Notes under the pieces: model-generated
Database searches by the model: none
Told to the model about the DNA's origin: nothing
What the model saw: the letters and a program-made list of their open reading frames with translations, nothing else
Translations under genes and position numbers: made by a program
Shown: positions 32,720 to 44,442 of the stretch, in pieces
Numbering within the stretch: position 1 is the stretch's first letter
Layout: every line of letters begins with the position of its first letter
Assembly: GCA_035460985.1 (NCBI GenBank)
Contig: DATHWC010000062.1
Location: forward strand, 6,792-70,791
Direction of reading: 5' to 3'
Source: Lunatimonas sp.
Lineage (GTDB): Bacteria; Bacteroidota; Bacteroidia; Cytophagales; Cyclobacteriaceae
DNA: 64,000 bases

Positions 32720-35700
32720 TTAGTCAAGAGTAATTTCCAATGCAAGACCACGTAATTCGTGTACCAATACATTAAAGGATTCCGGAATGTTAGGTTTCGG
32801 AAGGTTTTCCCCTTTAACTATGGCTTCATACGCCTTGGCCCTGCCAATTACATCATCTGACTTCACGGTAAGAATCTCTTGAAGCACGTGCGAAGCACCA
32901 AATGCTTCAAGTGCCCAAACTTCCATTTCTCCAAATCGCTGACCACCAAATTGCGCTTTACCGCCCAAAGGCTGCTGCGTAATCAGTGAATAAGGCCCAA
33001 TAGACCTAGCGTGCATCTTGTCATCCACCAAGTGACCCAATTTCAGCATGTAGGAAATCCCCACAGTGACTGCCTGATCAAACATTTTACCACTAAGACC
33101 ATCATACAGATACGTTCTACCGAAACTTGGCAAACCTGCTTTCGTCAGTTCAGCAGCTACCTCTTCAGTGGTTGCCCCATCAAAGATAGGAGTCGCATAT
33201 TTCTTGCCTAACCGCATACCGGCCCAGGCTAGGACCGTTTCGAAGATCTGTCCAATGTTCATCCTGGATGGTACGCCCAAGGGATTCAATACGATATCCA
33301 TAGGTGTGCCGTCTTCCAAGAAGGGCATGTCTTCATCCCGGACAATTCTGGCAACGATACCTTTGTTACCATGGCGCCCCGCCATCTTATCCCCTACTTT
33401 CAGCTTACGCTTTTTCGCCACGTACACTTTGGCAAGTTGAACAATTCCAGCAGGCAGTTCATCACCCACTTCAAGGGTGAATTTATCCCTCTTGAAGATA
33501 CCGGAAATTTCATTTCTGGTATTGGTGTAATTCTTCACCAATTGCTGTACCAGCGAATTGGTATGTGCATCGTCTGTCCAGTCATCTAAGATGATATCTG
33601 AAATCAGGTTGGCTTCCTCTGCTACGTTGTAGTTACTCTCATCCCTATAGGGGTTCTTTGCGGGAAAGAGATTGTTCTCAATGTTCTGATGGTTGAATTT
33701 CATCCCTTTAGTGATGATTTCATCCCCAAACTTATGCCTCACCCCATTGGAAACTTTTCCGTCCAGCAACACAACCAACTTTTGGATCATTCTTGCTCGA
33801 ACTACCAAAAGATCCTTGCCATATTTCTGCTTCAGTTTCTCCACCTCAGCTTTTGCTTTTACACGAAGATCCTTATCCTTTTTAGGTCTGGAGAAAAGCT
33901 TGGTTTCGATTACCACTCCGTTAAGAGAGGGCGACGCTTTCAATGAAGCATCCTTCACATCACCTGCTTTGTCCCCAAAGATGGCACGAAGTAGTTTTTC
34001 CTCCGGAGTTGGATCAGTTTCACCTTTAGGGGTGATTTTACCGATTATGATATCCCCTTCCTTCAATTCAGCACCTACACGGATTATACCGTTTTCATCC
34101 AAATTCTTAACCGCCTCTTCCGAAACGTTTGGAATTTCCGAGGTAAGTTCTTCTTCTCCTCGTTTGGTATCTCTAACTTCAAGCTGAAACTCCTCTATAT
34201 GGATAGATGTAAATACATCTTCACGGACAACCCGCTCAGAGATAACGATCGCATCCTCGAAGTTATAACCCTGCCAAGGCATATACGCTACAAGTAGGTT
34301 TTTACCCAGTGCAAGTTCCCCATTATTGGTAGAATAACCCTCTACCAAGACCTGTCCCTTAGTAACCCGTTGGCCTTTAAGAACCAATGGAGTCAAGTTG
34401 ATCGTAGTATCTTGGTTGGTTCTACGGAATTTTGTCAGCAAATAAGTTTTATACTCATCGCTGAAATTAACCAGTAAATCCTCTTCAGTAAGATCATACT
34501 TAAGTACTATCTTCTTGGCATCAACGTAATCGATCACCCCATCTGCCTCTGCGCGAATCAGCGATCTGGAGTCAATTGCCGCCTTGCCTTCCAAACCGGT
34601 ACCTACAATAGGCGCCTCGGCTTTCAGCAAAGGAACTGCCTGACGCTGCATGTTGGAACCCATCAAAGCCCGGTTGGCATCATCGTGTTCCAAGAAAGGA
34701 ATCAATGAAGCTGCCACGGAAACAATCTGATTTGGCGCAACATCCATAAAGGTGATTTCAGACGGATCCAACACAGGGAAGTCACCTTCAAATCTTGCCT
34801 TTACCTTATCGTTGATAAATTTACCTTTATCATCCAAGGGTGCATTTGCTTGCGCGATATTATTATCATCCTCTTCCTCGGCAGTTAGGAACACAATATC
34901 TTCACTGACCATGCTTACCGTGCCGTCAGCTACTTTTCGATAAGGTGTCTCCAAGAAGCCCATGCTATTCACTTTGGCATGAACACATAGCGAGGAAATC
35001 AATCCGATATTCGGTCCTTCCGGCGTTTCAATAGTACAAAGCCTACCGTAGTGGGTATAGTGAACGTCCCTTACTTCAAAACCCGCACGCTCTCTGGATA
35101 GTCCACCGGGACCCAAAGCAGAAAGCCTACGCTTATGCGTCAGTTCGGCAAGCGGATTGGTTTGATCCATAAACTGTGAAAGCTGATTGGTACCAAAGAA
35201 AGAATTGATCACGGAAGACAATGTCCTGGCGTTGATCAAGTCAACGGGTTTAAAATCCTCGTTGTCCCTTACGTTCATTCTCTCACGAATAGTACGGGCC
35301 ATTCGGGCAAGACCTACCCCAAACTGGCTGTACAATTGTTCTCCAACTGTCCTAACTCTCCTATTGCTTAAGTGATCAATATCATCGACCACAGCTTTGG
35401 AGTTGATAAGCCCAATCAAATACTTCACAATGGATATGATATCCTGGGTCGTAAGAACGATTTTATCAGGATCTATACTCAGACCCAATTTTTTGTTTAT
35501 TCGGTATCTACCAACTTCTCCTAAGTCATACCGCTTGTCGGAGAAAAACAACCCGTGAATAACTTCCCTGGCAGTCGCTTCATCCGGAGCCTCAGTATTC
35601 CTAAGCTGTCGGTAAATAACCTCTACCGCCTCTTTTTCAGAGTTGGAGTTGTCTTTTTGCAACGTATTGTATATAATGGAGTAATCTGCCACGTTCACAT

Positions 35701-36595
35701 CCTCCCGGTGGAGAATGATGCTTTTAGTGGAAGAATCCAAAATCAGATCTATATCTTCGTCGGTAAGAATAGAATCGCGCTCGAGTAGCACTTCGTTCCT
35801 GTCTATGGAAACCACCTCTCCGGTATCTTCATCCACAAAGTCCTCCACCCAGGTTCTAAGAACCCTCGCGGCTAACTTACGACCGATTACCTTTTTCAAA
35901 TTGGATTTATTGGCATCCACTTCCTCTGACAGACCAAACAGATCAAGTATCTCCTTATCGGAACCGTATCCGATCGCCCGTAGCAAAGTCGTTACTGGAA
36001 ATTTCTTTTTACGGTCAATGTAGGCATACATCACATTATTGATGTCGGTAGCGAATTCAATCCACGAACCTTTGAATGGAATGATCCTTGCCGAGTATAA
36101 TTTCGTCCCGTTTGTATGCTTACTTTGCGCAAAGAACACACCTGGTGAGCGGTGCAACTGGGAAACGATAACTCTCTCGGCTCCGTTGATTACAAAGGAT
36201 CCCTTTTCGGTCATGTAGGGAAGATTTCCCAAAAACACTTCCTGTTCGATGGTTTCGAAATCCTCATTGTCTTCATCTGAACACAACAACCGAAGTTTCG
36301 CTTTCAAAGGAACGGAATAAGTAAGTCCCCGGTCGATACATTCGGAAACATTGTACTTGGGAGGATCTACGGCATAGTCAATGAATTCTAGGGTAAAATT
36401 TTCCCGAGAGTCACTGATGGGAAAATTTTCAGAAAACACTTTGAAAAGACCATCCTGCCTTCTCTTTTCTGCGGGAGTATCAAGCTGAAAAAAATCTTTG
36501 AAGGATTGCAGCTGAATATCGAGAAAATCCGGATAGTCTTTGACTACCTTAATAGATGAGAAACTTTTCCTTTCGGTTTGATTCTGGATAGCCAA
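32720..36595 (-). CDS. rpoB: RNA polymerase beta subunit
   Basis: [30 protein letters not shown] and GGQRFGEME motifs; TTG start. Confidence 0.99.
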   Translation of the reverse strand: MAIQNQTERKSFSSIKVVKDYPDFLDIQLQSFKDFFQLDTPAEKRRQDGLFKVFSENFPISDSRENFTLEFIDYAVDPPKYNVSECIDRGLTYSVPLKAKLRLLCSDEDNEDFETIEQEVFLGNLPYMTEKGSFVINGAERVIVSQLHRSPGVFFAQSKHTNGTKLYSARIIPFKGSWIEFATDINNVMYAYIDRKKKFPVTTLLRAIGYGSDKEILDLFGLSEEVDANKSNLKKVIGRKLAARVLRTWVEDFVDEDTGEVVSIDRNEVLLERDSILTDEDIDLILDSSTKSIILHREDVNVADYSIIYNTLQKDNSNSEKEAVEVIYRQLRNTEAPDEATAREVIHGLFFSDKRYDLGEVGRYRINKKLGLSIDPDKIVLTTQDIISIVKYLIGLINSKAVVDDIDHLSNRRVRTVGEQLYSQFGVGLARMARTIRERMNVRDNEDFKPVDLINARTLSSVINSFFGTNQLSQFMDQTNPLAELTHKRRLSALGPGGLSRERAGFEVRDVHYTHYGRLCTIETPEGPNIGLISSLCVHAKVNSMGFLETPYRKVADGTVSMVSEDIVFLTAEEEDDNNIAQANAPLDDKGKFINDKVKARFEGDFPVLDPSEITFMDVAPNQIVSVAASLIPFLEHDDANRALMGSNMQRQAVPLLKAEAPIVGTGLEGKAAIDSRSLIRAEADGVIDYVDAKKIVLKYDLTEEDLLVNFSDEYKTYLLTKFRRTNQDTTINLTPLVLKGQRVTKGQVLVEGYSTNNGELALGKNLLVAYMPWQGYNFEDAIVISERVVREDVFTSIHIEEFQLEVRDTKRGEEELTSEIPNVSEEAVKNLDENGIIRVGAELKEGDIIIGKITPKGETDPTPEEKLLRAIFGDKAGDVKDASLKASPSLNGVVIETKLFSRPKKDKDLRVKAKAEVEKLKQKYGKDLLVVRARMIQKLVVLLDGKVSNGVRHKFGDEIITKGMKFNHQNIENNLFPAKNPYRDESNYNVAEEANLISDIILDDWTDDAHTNSLVQQLVKNYTNTRNEISGIFKRDKFTLEVGDELPAGIVQLAKVYVAKKRKLKVGDKMAGRHGNKGIVARIVRDEDMPFLEDGTPMDIVLNPLGVPSRMNIGQIFETVLAWAGMRLGKKYATPIFDGATTEEVAAELTKAGLPSFGRTYLYDGLSGKMFDQAVTVGISYMLKLGHLVDDKMHARSIGPYSLITQQPLGGKAQFGGQRFGEMEVWALEAFGASHVLQEILTVKSDDVIGRAKAYEAIVKGENLPKPNIPESFNVLVHELRGLALEITLD

Positions 36596-36683
36596 GGCAG
36601 TATATATTTATAGTGATAGTAATTATTAAATAAGAACAATATACACTTGGAATAATGCAAGTTTTTTATTGTCTATAAACAGG

Positions 36684-36710
36684 AAAAGACCTGACTTAAA
36701 AGTCAGGTCT
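36684..36710 (-). terminator. Terminator/attenuator hairpin between rplL and rpoB
   Basis: AGACCTGACT-4 nt-AGTCAGGTCT with a short minus-strand T-tract. Confidence 0.75.
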
Positions 36711-36750
36711 ACTAAGAATAACCTATGCCTAGGAGGACAGGTTTTTCAAA

Positions 36751-37128
36751 TTATTTCAATTCTACTTCAGCACCAGCTTCCTCAAGTTGCTTCTTAAGAG
36801 CGTCAGCTTCATCCTTGCTGATACCTTCTTTGATCGCCTTAGGAGCGTTGTCTACAACTTCTTTAGCTTCTTTAAGGCCAAGACCAGTTAATTCCTTAAC
36901 AAGTTTAACCACCGCTAATTTCTGTCCACCAGCAGCTTTCAAGATTACGTCGAAGGAAGTTTTTTCTTCCTCAGCAGCGGCTTCTCCTCCTCCACCACCG
37001 GCTACAACAGTAGCAGCAGCAGCAGCGGGTTCGATACCATACTCGTCTTTCAAAATTGCGGCTAACTCATTTACCTCTTTTACAGTTAAGTTAACTAACT
37101 GTTCAGCGAATGCTTTAAGATCTGCCAT
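36751..37128 (-). CDS. rplL: 50S ribosomal protein L7/L12
   Basis: [10 protein letters not shown] and GLGLKEAKE motifs. Confidence 0.99.
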   Translation of the reverse strand: MADLKAFAEQLVNLTVKEVNELAAILKDEYGIEPAAAAATVVAGGGGGEAAAEEEKTSFDVILKAAGGQKLAVVKLVKELTGLGLKEAKEVVDNAPKAIKEGISKDEADALKKQLEEAGAEVELK

Positions 37129-37178
37129 TGTATAAAATATTTAAATTGATTGATTTTTAACTTGATTGATTTAATGTA

Positions 37179-37718
37179 TTAAGATTCCTTCTCGGAGAGG
37201 GTTTTAACCAATCCAGCCAGTATATGTTTGCCACTTTGCAGGGCAGAAACCACATTTTTGGCAGGAGATTGAAGCAACCCGATAACTTCTCCAAGTAATT
37301 CCTCTTTGGATTTTAGGTTGGACAGTAATTCCAGGTTTTGCTCTCCTAGAAATATGTCCCCATCTATTGAAGCACCTTTGAATACGGGACGAGTTTCCTT
37401 CTTGCCCATTTTCTTTCGGAACTCCAACAACACCTTCGCAGGAAGATTTCCAGCTTCTTTAGAAAAAAGAATACCGGAAAATCCTTTCAACGCTGTTTCG
37501 TTAAATTTCTCGTAATCGGTGTCCATGCTTTCCAACGCCTTTTTGATCAGCGTGTTTTTGTACACTTTATATTCGAGTCCTTTTTCAAAACAAGTTCTCC
37601 TGAACGCATTTACCTGAGCAACTGAAAACCCCGATGCGTTAGTCACATAAAAATGCGGGGTTACTTTTAATTTCTCGGTAAGTTCGTCAATGATGGATTT
37701 TTTCTCTTCTCTCGTCAT
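37179..37718 (-). CDS. rplJ: 50S ribosomal protein L10
   Basis: VYKNTLI and GLLQSPA motifs; lies between rplA and rplL. Confidence 0.97.
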   Translation of the reverse strand: MTREEKKSIIDELTEKLKVTPHFYVTNASGFSVAQVNAFRRTCFEKGLEYKVYKNTLIKKALESMDTDYEKFNETALKGFSGILFSKEAGNLPAKVLLEFRKKMGKKETRPVFKGASIDGDIFLGEQNLELLSNLKSKEELLGEVIGLLQSPAKNVVSALQSGKHILAGLVKTLSEKES

Positions 37719-37720
37719 GA

Positions 37721-38419
37721 TTATATACCTTGAATACTTCCTTTGTCAATAATGATCCCAGGTGACATGGTACTGGAGATATGAATGCTTCTAAAGTACG
37801 TGCCTTTCGATGCAGAAGGCTTCAATTTCGACACAGTGTTTATCAGTTCAAGTGCATTCTCCTGTATTTTCTCCGGAGAGAAAGATACCTTTCCAACGCT
37901 TGCGTGAAGAATCCCGAACTTGTCTACTTTGAAGTCAATTTTACCTGCCTTTACGTCTTTCACAGCTTTGCCCACATCCAGTGTAACGGTACCTGATTTT
38001 GGATTCGGCATCAAGCCTCTTGGACCCAAAACCCTACCCAGTCTACCTACTTTTGCCATCACATTGGGCGTGGTGATGATCACGTCAATGTCTGTCCAGC
38101 CACCTTCAATTTTGGCGATATAATCGTCCAAACCTACATGGTCGGCACCGGCTTCCTTTGCTTCGGCTTCCTTGTCAGGGCTGCACAATACGAGCACCTT
38201 CACGTCCTTGCCTGTACCATGCGGTAGGGCCACCACACCACGCACCATCTGATCAGCTTTCCTTGGATCCACACCCAGTCGGATGTCAAGATCAACAGAA
38301 GCGTCAAACTTTACGTTGGTGATGTCTTTCACAATGGTAGAAGCCTCAGCCAGAGAATAGGTTTGGCTAGGATCATATTTAGAAAGAGCTTCTTTTTGTT
38401 TTTTTGTTAACTTAGCCAT
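37721..38419 (-). CDS. rplA: 50S ribosomal protein L1
   Basis: LPHGTGK and [14 protein letters not shown] motifs. Confidence 0.99.
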   Translation of the reverse strand: MAKLTKKQKEALSKYDPSQTYSLAEASTIVKDITNVKFDASVDLDIRLGVDPRKADQMVRGVVALPHGTGKDVKVLVLCSPDKEAEAKEAGADHVGLDDYIAKIEGGWTDIDVIITTPNVMAKVGRLGRVLGPRGLMPNPKSGTVTLDVGKAVKDVKAGKIDFKVDKFGILHASVGKVSFSPEKIQENALELINTVSKLKPSASKGTYFRSIHISSTMSPGIIIDKGSIQGI

Positions 38420-38429
38420 TTTTCTTTAT

Positions 38430-38873
38430 TTAATCCTCCCAAGGAGCTTTTCCCGAAACTGTAATTCCCATGCTTCTTGCTGTTCCTGCAACCATTTTCA
38501 TGGCAGACTCCACTTCAAAAGCATTTAAGTCAGGCATCTTCACGACTGCAATTTCCTTTACCTGATCCCAGGATACGGAGCCTACTTTCTTTCTGTTAGG
38601 TTCTGCTGAACCACTTTTGATTTTGGCCGCATCCAGCAACATGTTTGCTGCGGGAGGAGTTTTAACCACAAAATCAAACGACTTATCCGAATAAACCGTG
38701 ATAAGCACAGGAAGTACTTGACCCATTCTATCCTGAGTCCTAGCATTGTACTGCTTACAGAACTCCATGATGTTCAAACCCTTGGAACCAAGGGCAGGTC
38801 CAACCGGAGGAGAAGGATTAGCCTGGCCACCTTTCACCTGTAATTTCACATAACCAGTGATTTCCTTAGCCAT
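38430..38873 (-). CDS. rplK: 50S ribosomal protein L11
   Basis: [12 protein letters not shown] and GTARSMG motifs. Confidence 0.99.
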   Translation of the reverse strand: MAKEITGYVKLQVKGGQANPSPPVGPALGSKGLNIMEFCKQYNARTQDRMGQVLPVLITVYSDKSFDFVVKTPPAANMLLDAAKIKSGSAEPNRKKVGSVSWDQVKEIAVVKMPDLNAFEVESAMKMVAGTARSMGITVSGKAPWED

Positions 38874-38876
38874 TTC

Positions 38877-39434
38877 CTAGTCTTGTTTTTCTACTTGTAT
38901 AAAGTTTAATTCTACCGGAGTATTACGACCGAAAATCTTAACCATAACATTAAGCTTCTTCTTGTCTTCAAATACCTCCTCTATCATCCCTGAGAAACCA
39001 CTGAAAGGACCGTCCATTACTTTAACGGTCTCTCCAACTATAAATGGTGTATCCAGTTTTTCCGCAAACTCATCAATCTCCTCAACCCGACCTAAAATCC
39101 GGTTGATTTCCGACTGACGTAATGGCTCGGGGGTTTTGGAAGCCCCCCCTTGGTTTGACCCTAAAAAACCGATAACTCCCGGAATACTCGTAATTACATG
39201 GTTGGCCTCTCCATGACTGAGGTCCGCATGAACCAAAACATAGCCCGGAAAAAAATTTCTTTCCCGAACCCGCTTCTTACCATTGCGCATCTCGTATATT
39301 TTCTCAGAGGGTATCAAAACTTCAGGAATGTATTCCTCAAGTTTTTGCCTGGCAACTTCGTTGTCTAAATAGGTTTTAGCCTTTTTCTCCTGCCCAGCAA
39401 CAACTCTAAGCACATACCATTTGTGATCAGCCAT
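38877..39434 (-). CDS. nusG: Transcription termination/antitermination factor NusG
   Basis: [21 protein letters not shown] and FGRNTPVEL motifs; start probably MADHKWY (39434). Confidence 0.98.
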   Translation of the reverse strand: MADHKWYVLRVVAGQEKKAKTYLDNEVARQKLEEYIPEVLIPSEKIYEMRNGKKRVRERNFFPGYVLVHADLSHGEANHVITSIPGVIGFLGSNQGGASKTPEPLRQSEINRILGRVEEIDEFAEKLDTPFIVGETVKVMDGPFSGFSGMIEEVFEDKKKLNVMVKIFGRNTPVELNFIQVEKQD

Positions 39435-39452
39435 TATGTAATTTAGATTCAA

Positions 39453-39641
39453 TTAAAATAAATCATAAAACCACGTCATAAGACTTTCGAATGAAAGATC
39501 TATAAGCCCTATTACCAAGGCGAAAATCAACGACGCAACAAGTACCAATACCGCACTGTTTAGAAGTGAAGCATATTTAGGCCATGTGACCTTGTTCCTC
39601 ATCTCATCGATGGATTCTACTACAAAATTCTTTACGTTCAT
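39453..39641 (-). CDS. secE: Preprotein translocase SecE
   Basis: EMRNKVTWP followed by one TM helix; directly upstream of nusG. Confidence 0.95.
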   Translation of the reverse strand: MNVKNFVVESIDEMRNKVTWPKYASLLNSAVLVLVASLIFALVIGLIDLSFESLMTWFYDLF

Positions 39642-39750
39642 GCAGCCTTAATTTTATGTGTACTCCCTACGCCCGCTTTTATCTTTTCCCAACTGAGTAT
39701 ATTTCATTGGTAAAAACGTATGAAGTACTTCGTTTGATTTTACGGTGATG

Positions 39751-39821
39751 CACGGGCGGAGAGATTCGAACTCCCATCAACGGTTTTGGAGACCGCTATT
39801 CTGCCATTGAACTACGCCCGT
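39751..39821 (-). tRNA. tRNA-Trp(CCA)
   Basis: ACGGGCG/CGCCCGT acceptor stem, anticodon loop CT-CCA-AA and GTTCGAAT T-loop; 3' CCA not encoded. Confidence 0.95.
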
Positions 39822-39846
39822 AGTATACCTATTCTTTTACGGAACG

Positions 39847-39878
39847 CAAAATTAGGTAAAATTGTCATAAGAAACAAA
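39847..39878 (-). promoter_or_regulatory. Sigma-A promoter for tRNA-Trp-secE-nusG
   Basis: TTTG (39878-39875), a 20-nt spacer and TAATTTTG (39854-39847). Confidence 0.65.
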
Positions 39879-39910
39879 TGCGATTCCGAAAATTTCAGAA
39901 TCGCATTTGT
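39874..39910 (-). terminator. Hairpin after tuf
   Basis: ACAAATGCGATTC-11 nt-GAATCGCATTTGT; weak U-tract. Confidence 0.65.
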
Positions 39911-39931
39911 AAATCTATATCTGGAATATGA

Positions 39932-41119
39932 TTAGTCCAAGATCTCAGTCACCTGACCGGCACCTACTGTCCTGCCACCCTCCCGGATTGCAAATCGTAG
40001 TCCCTTCTCAAGAGCAACTGTACTCAACAAATTCACTTCGATTGTAACGTTATCACCTGGCATTACCATCTCCACATTTTCAGGAAGCGTGATTTCGCCG
40101 GTTACGTCTGTCGTTCTTAGGTAGAACTGGGGACGGTATCTGTTGAAAAAAGGAGTATGACGTCCACCTTCTTCTTTTGAAAGCACGTACACTTCAGCTT
40201 TGAAGTGAGCGTGGGGCTTCACAGATCCGGGCTTGCAGATAATCATACCTCGTCTGATTTGCGATTTTTCGATGCCTCTAAGCAACAAACCTACGTTGTC
40301 ACCGGCTTCACCTCTATCCAAAATCTTACGGAACATTTCCACACCAGTGACGGTTGATTTCAAACCTTCCGCACCCATACCGATGATATCTACCGCCTCA
40401 CCGGAATTGACTACACCTCTTTCGATTCTACCGGTAGCAACAGTACCACGTCCAGTAATGGAGAATACGTCTTCTACAGGCATTAAGAAATCCTTGTCGA
40501 TTGCTCTTTCAGGAAGAGGAATGTGCTCATCGACAGCATCCATCAATTCCATTACGGTAGCTTCCCACTTGTCTTCACCGTTAAGTGCTCCAAGGGCAGA
40601 ACCCGCGATAACTGGAATATTGTCTCCATCAAACTCATAGAAAGAAAGTAACTCTCTTACTTCCATCTCAACAAGTTCCAGAAGTTCTGGATCATCCACC
40701 AAATCGACTTTGTTCATGAAAACCACCAAAGCAGGAACACCTACCTGGCGGGCCAACAGAATGTGCTCTCTAGTCTGAGGCATTGGTCCATCAGTCGCCG
40801 CAACTACCAAGATAGCACCGTCCATTTGGGCGGCACCCGTAACCATGTTTTTTACATAATCAGCGTGACCTGGACAGTCAACGTGTGCGTAGTGTCTCTT
40901 TTCTGTCTGATACTCTACGTGTGAAGTATTGATGGTAATACCTCTTTCTTTTTCTTCCGGAGCGTTGTCGATAGAAGCGAAGTCTCTTAATTCAGAAAGA
41001 CCTTTCCTTGCCAATACCGTAGTAATGGCAGCAGTCAAAGTAGTCTTTCCATGATCGACGTGACCAATCGTACCTATGTTAACGTGTGGTTTGGAACGGT
41101 CAAAGGTTGCTTTTGCCAT
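39932..41119 (-). CDS. tuf: Elongation factor Tu
   Basis: [26 protein letters not shown] and [10 protein letters not shown] motifs. Confidence 0.99.
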   Translation of the reverse strand: MAKATFDRSKPHVNIGTIGHVDHGKTTLTAAITTVLARKGLSELRDFASIDNAPEEKERGITINTSHVEYQTEKRHYAHVDCPGHADYVKNMVTGAAQMDGAILVVAATDGPMPQTREHILLARQVGVPALVVFMNKVDLVDDPELLELVEMEVRELLSFYEFDGDNIPVIAGSALGALNGEDKWEATVMELMDAVDEHIPLPERAIDKDFLMPVEDVFSITGRGTVATGRIERGVVNSGEAVDIIGMGAEGLKSTVTGVEMFRKILDRGEAGDNVGLLLRGIEKSQIRRGMIICKPGSVKPHAHFKAEVYVLSKEEGGRHTPFFNRYRPQFYLRTTDVTGEITLPENVEMVMPGDNVTIEVNLLSTVALEKGLRFAIREGGRTVGAGQVTEILD

Positions 41120-41179
41120 GCGTGAAAATCCTTTGTTTAGTTAATGATAAAATTTCGTTTGTTTTAAATCAATGTATCG

Positions 41180-41251
41180 AGCCAACGACGGGATTTGAAC
41201 CCGTGACCTCTTCCTTACCAAGGAAGCACTCTACCCCTGAGCTACGTCGGC
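41180..41251 (-). tRNA. tRNA-Thr(GGT)
   Basis: GCCGACG/CGTTGGC acceptor stem; CTTCC-TT-GGT-AA-GGAAG anticodon arm. Confidence 0.95.
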
Positions 41252-41283
41252 TATTAACATTCGTATATGCCCTAAAAGCATAG

Positions 41284-41356
41284 AGCGGGAGACGAGGCTC
41301 GAACCCGCGACCTGCAGCTTGGAAGGCTGCCGCTCTACCAACTGAGCTACTCCCGC
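41284..41356 (-). tRNA. tRNA-Gly(TCC)
   Basis: GCGGGAG/CTCCCGC acceptor stem; GCAGC-CT-TCC-AA-GCTGC anticodon arm. Confidence 0.95.
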
Positions 41357-41408
41357 TTTTAATGTGTTGTTGCCCAATTCGAACAACAGGCTTGGTAAAA
41401 TCGAAAGG

Positions 41409-41416
41409 CAAATTTA
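41409..41416 (-). promoter_or_regulatory. Possible internal -7 element upstream of tRNA-Gly
   Basis: TAAATTTG(CC) on the minus strand. Confidence 0.4.
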
Positions 41417-41474
41417 TACTAATTTTCTAGAATAAACTACCTCCGGTTAAATATCTCAATGAGAAATATCTGAC

Positions 41475-41560
41475 TGGTGGGGGAAACAGGATTCGAACCT
41501 GTGAAGACATAAGTCAACGGATTTACAGTCCGTCCCAGTTGGCCGCTTTGGTATTCCCCC
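41475..41560 (-). tRNA. tRNA-Tyr(GTA)
   Basis: GGGGGAA/TTCCCCC acceptor stem, ACGGA-CT-GTA-AA-TCCGT anticodon arm, long variable arm and encoded CCA. Confidence 0.95.
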
Positions 41561-41605
41561 AACAAATTTCCGCTAAATAATTTTCTTGCTTATCTTAACG
41601 GATGG

Positions 41606-41636
41606 CAAAATTATACCCTTTTCTCTAACATTCAAA
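41606..41636 (-). promoter_or_regulatory. Sigma-A promoter for the tRNA-tuf operon
   Basis: TTTG (41636-41633), a 19-nt spacer and TAATTTTG (41613-41606). Confidence 0.7.
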
Positions 41637-41700
41637 ACAATCCAAAAAAAAATGTTTGATTTTAATCCAGTAATTCAGTACTGTTTTAACAATCAGACGC

Positions 41701-44310
41701 TTAATTTTCCTCAAGGTAAGGCTCCAGAAAAAACTCCTGATAGGTCTTTACCAACTCATCGGGTTCGGTTTGATTGATTTTGATTACCCTTTCCAGAATA
41801 TTCCCCTCATCGATAAACCCGAAGATGGATTGAAAAGCAGTCAAACGGACATAATTGGCAGGATGATCTTCGGCCAGCCGCATCAACCTTTCTATGGCCT
41901 CTTCCCTTCCCGTACCACCAACCGACGCGAAATAATCCCCGTAATACCCGATAAAATAATACAGCGATTCCCCAGTCAAAAGACCTAATTTCTCATGGAA
42001 CCAGTCCGATTGGGTACTGTCCTGTACCTGTGTTAGGTAATCCGCCAAAGGTACCACCATCCGGATATTCCTTTCCCCTTTGAATCGCTCGAAAATCTCA
42101 TTCTTCTGCGCCTCTTCACCTTCCATATCCATTACAGCCGTCATTGCTCCTCCTGCTACCACATAGGAAGGCTCTTCAATCATTCGGGCGATAAGAGGCG
42201 CGTATTTGGTTCCGCTTAAAGTTCCCAAAAGTGCGATGGCGGAAGAACGGACTTCATTGTTGGGATCATTTTCAGCCATCTTCACCAACATCTCTTCCAT
42301 CTCGGATCCAACCTCCTCCTTGGACATCAACTGGGGAATCCGGCTCAGCGCCAATCCCCTGACCTCATGAAAACTATCCCCCATAGCTTTGGTAATGGTT
42401 GTTGCCCAGTTTTGTGTGTCAGCAAAAACCGCTGTTAGACTATCCAAGGCTTCCAATCTGGCAATTCCTGATTGCGCATGTTGAAATTGGCTTATCAAAC
42501 GGTCCATTCCCCTTTCTGTTTGCCTTTCAGCTAACAGTTCCATATACTCATCAACCAGAACAAGGTCGGTTCCGGCCCCGTTTTCGAGAGCAAACTGTTG
42601 AACTCCCCTGTCCACCCAATAGGTCTTTTCCTCCCGCCGTCCAGCTTTGTAAACCGCTACTTTTACCGGCAGTTTGTAAAGTGGCGTATTGGTTAAATCC
42701 TGCAGTTGCCTCACGGTGAACAATTGCCGGTCCGGATCGCTATCATCAATATCAATGGCCAACACGGGGTGACCGGAACCCATAAACCACTGGTTGAAAA
42801 ACCAATTCATATCCCTACCGGTAACATGTTCGAAAGCCAACCTGAGATTGTGCACTTCCACGCTTCCAAATGCATTTGCTTCCAAATAATGTTTCAATGC
42901 AGCAAAAAATGCCGCATCGCCCACACTTTTCCGCAACATATGAAGAATCCGTCCACCCTTGGCGTAGCTGTGGCTGTCAAACATATCCTCCTTATCCTCA
43001 TATTGAAACCGGATAAGGTCAACCTGCTTTTCCTGGGACTCATAGAAATATTGTTCCATGGCATCAAGGTGGTGTTTGTCCGCTTTGTCCTTTCCTTCCT
43101 TGTATTCAAACCAGAGATATTCCGAATAATCGGCAAATGCTTCGTTCAAAGGCAAATTGGACCAAGACTCAGTTGTAACCAAATTGCCAAACCACTGGTG
43201 GAATAGCTCATGGGCTATAATATAATCCCACTCACTGTCGAGTGCCTCCCGCTCGTCCAAGTTCAATGCCTCCATGAAAATTGACACCGTTGTGTTTTCC
43301 ATGGCACCAGAAACAAAGTCCCGTACTACCACCTGATCATACTTTTGCCATGGATAATCCACGCCAAGGATCTCCGAGAAAAACCCGATCATCTCCGGAG
43401 TGTGTTGAAACACCGTTTTAGCACCCTCCGCATATTTCTCTTCAACATAATAGTTCACCGCAAGGTCCCTCCAGCTATCCTTTATTTCGGCAAATTCACC
43501 GATGGCCAATGCCGAAAGATAGGGAGCGTGAGGTATATCCATCACCCAATGATCAGTCCTGGTTCCGTCATCGTTCTGTTGCTGATCGACGAGCTTTCCA
43601 TTACTAAGTGAAATAAATCTTTCCGGAACCCTCAGTTTGAAATCGTGTGTCTGCCTTTCATTGGGACTGTCAATGGTAGGGAACCACTTCGAACTAAATT
43701 CAGTCTCTCCTTGAGTCCATATCTGTATGGGCTTGTCTTCCGCCCCTGAGGGGTTGATGAAATAAAGCCCTTTGGTATCGGTGATCGCTGTACCGCCCGG
43801 CACGGTGGTTTCATCGGGTTTGGCAACATATTTTATCCCTACCCGCAGTGAATCGGCTGAGGTATAGGTGCGGGGTAAATAAATGGTCACCCGTTTTGGT
43901 GTGTAGGAAAAATTAAGCGGAGAAGTTTCCCCCGATTCGTCGAGCCATATATCCGTAATTTCAAAGTCCTTGGCGTCAAGCTCCAGTATTTCCTGTTCGT
44001 AAAAATACGGCTTCAGCAGCAGGAGTGCACTGCCATTCACTTGATTGGTTTCAAAATCAAACGATAAATCCAGCGAAGTATGAATCAGGTCAAATTTCCT
44101 CTCCCGGCTTGGACGGTACCCCTCCATGGCCGCTTCTTTCAGTCTCATTAGCGAATCCGGCGTATTCCGAACAATTAGTTCCAATGCCTCACTCCCACCT
44201 ACTGATTCAATAATCGGTTCAGGTTGGGTGGTGATTTCGGCATTTTTGCAGGAAAAAAGAAGTGAAAAATTAATTGCAAATAGAGAATAGAAGTAAAATG
44301 AATAGCGCAT
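41701..44310 (-). CDS. M1-family Zn aminopeptidase lipoprotein with C-terminal HEAT-like repeats
   Basis: GAMEN and HELFH...LNEAFA (HEXXH-X18-E) motifs; lipobox LFSC; helical C-terminal region. Confidence 0.92.
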   Translation of the reverse strand: MRYSFYFYSLFAINFSLLFSCKNAEITTQPEPIIESVGGSEALELIVRNTPDSLMRLKEAAMEGYRPSRERKFDLIHTSLDLSFDFETNQVNGSALLLLKPYFYEQEILELDAKDFEITDIWLDESGETSPLNFSYTPKRVTIYLPRTYTSADSLRVGIKYVAKPDETTVPGGTAITDTKGLYFINPSGAEDKPIQIWTQGETEFSSKWFPTIDSPNERQTHDFKLRVPERFISLSNGKLVDQQQNDDGTRTDHWVMDIPHAPYLSALAIGEFAEIKDSWRDLAVNYYVEEKYAEGAKTVFQHTPEMIGFFSEILGVDYPWQKYDQVVVRDFVSGAMENTTVSIFMEALNLDEREALDSEWDYIIAHELFHQWFGNLVTTESWSNLPLNEAFADYSEYLWFEYKEGKDKADKHHLDAMEQYFYESQEKQVDLIRFQYEDKEDMFDSHSYAKGGRILHMLRKSVGDAAFFAALKHYLEANAFGSVEVHNLRLAFEHVTGRDMNWFFNQWFMGSGHPVLAIDIDDSDPDRQLFTVRQLQDLTNTPLYKLPVKVAVYKAGRREEKTYWVDRGVQQFALENGAGTDLVLVDEYMELLAERQTERGMDRLISQFQHAQSGIARLEALDSLTAVFADTQNWATTITKAMGDSFHEVRGLALSRIPQLMSKEEVGSEMEEMLVKMAENDPNNEVRSSAIALLGTLSGTKYAPLIARMIEEPSYVVAGGAMTAVMDMEGEEAQKNEIFERFKGERNIRMVVPLADYLTQVQDSTQSDWFHEKLGLLTGESLYYFIGYYGDYFASVGGTGREEAIERLMRLAEDHPANYVRLTAFQSIFGFIDEGNILERVIKINQTEPDELVKTYQEFFLEPYLEEN

Positions 44311-44442
44311 ATTTGAAGAAAATAATTTTCCAGGAAGAATTGTTATGTGATGTTTCTAAAATCAATTCCCATGGATGGAGATGAAGTAATCCTTGAACCA
44401 GGCAACACTACAATATAGAATCACCGCTTTAAAAGAAACGAA

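Noticed and set aside
34950-35250. Possible rifampicin-resistance changes in RpoB
   Set aside because: Cluster I reads [23 protein letters not shown] and cluster II reads GPNIGLI, with the usual sensitive residues.
39667-39675. 9-bp copy (CGGGCGTAG) of the tRNA-Trp 5' end downstream of the tRNA, considered as an att site or tRNA remnant
   Set aside because: It is too short. Integrative elements duplicate the 3' end or anticodon region, and no integrase or cargo is present.
13215-41119. tuf outside the str operon, map between secY and infA, and rplQ-carA-eno linkage
   Set aside because: These are standard Bacteroidota gene orders, not novel.
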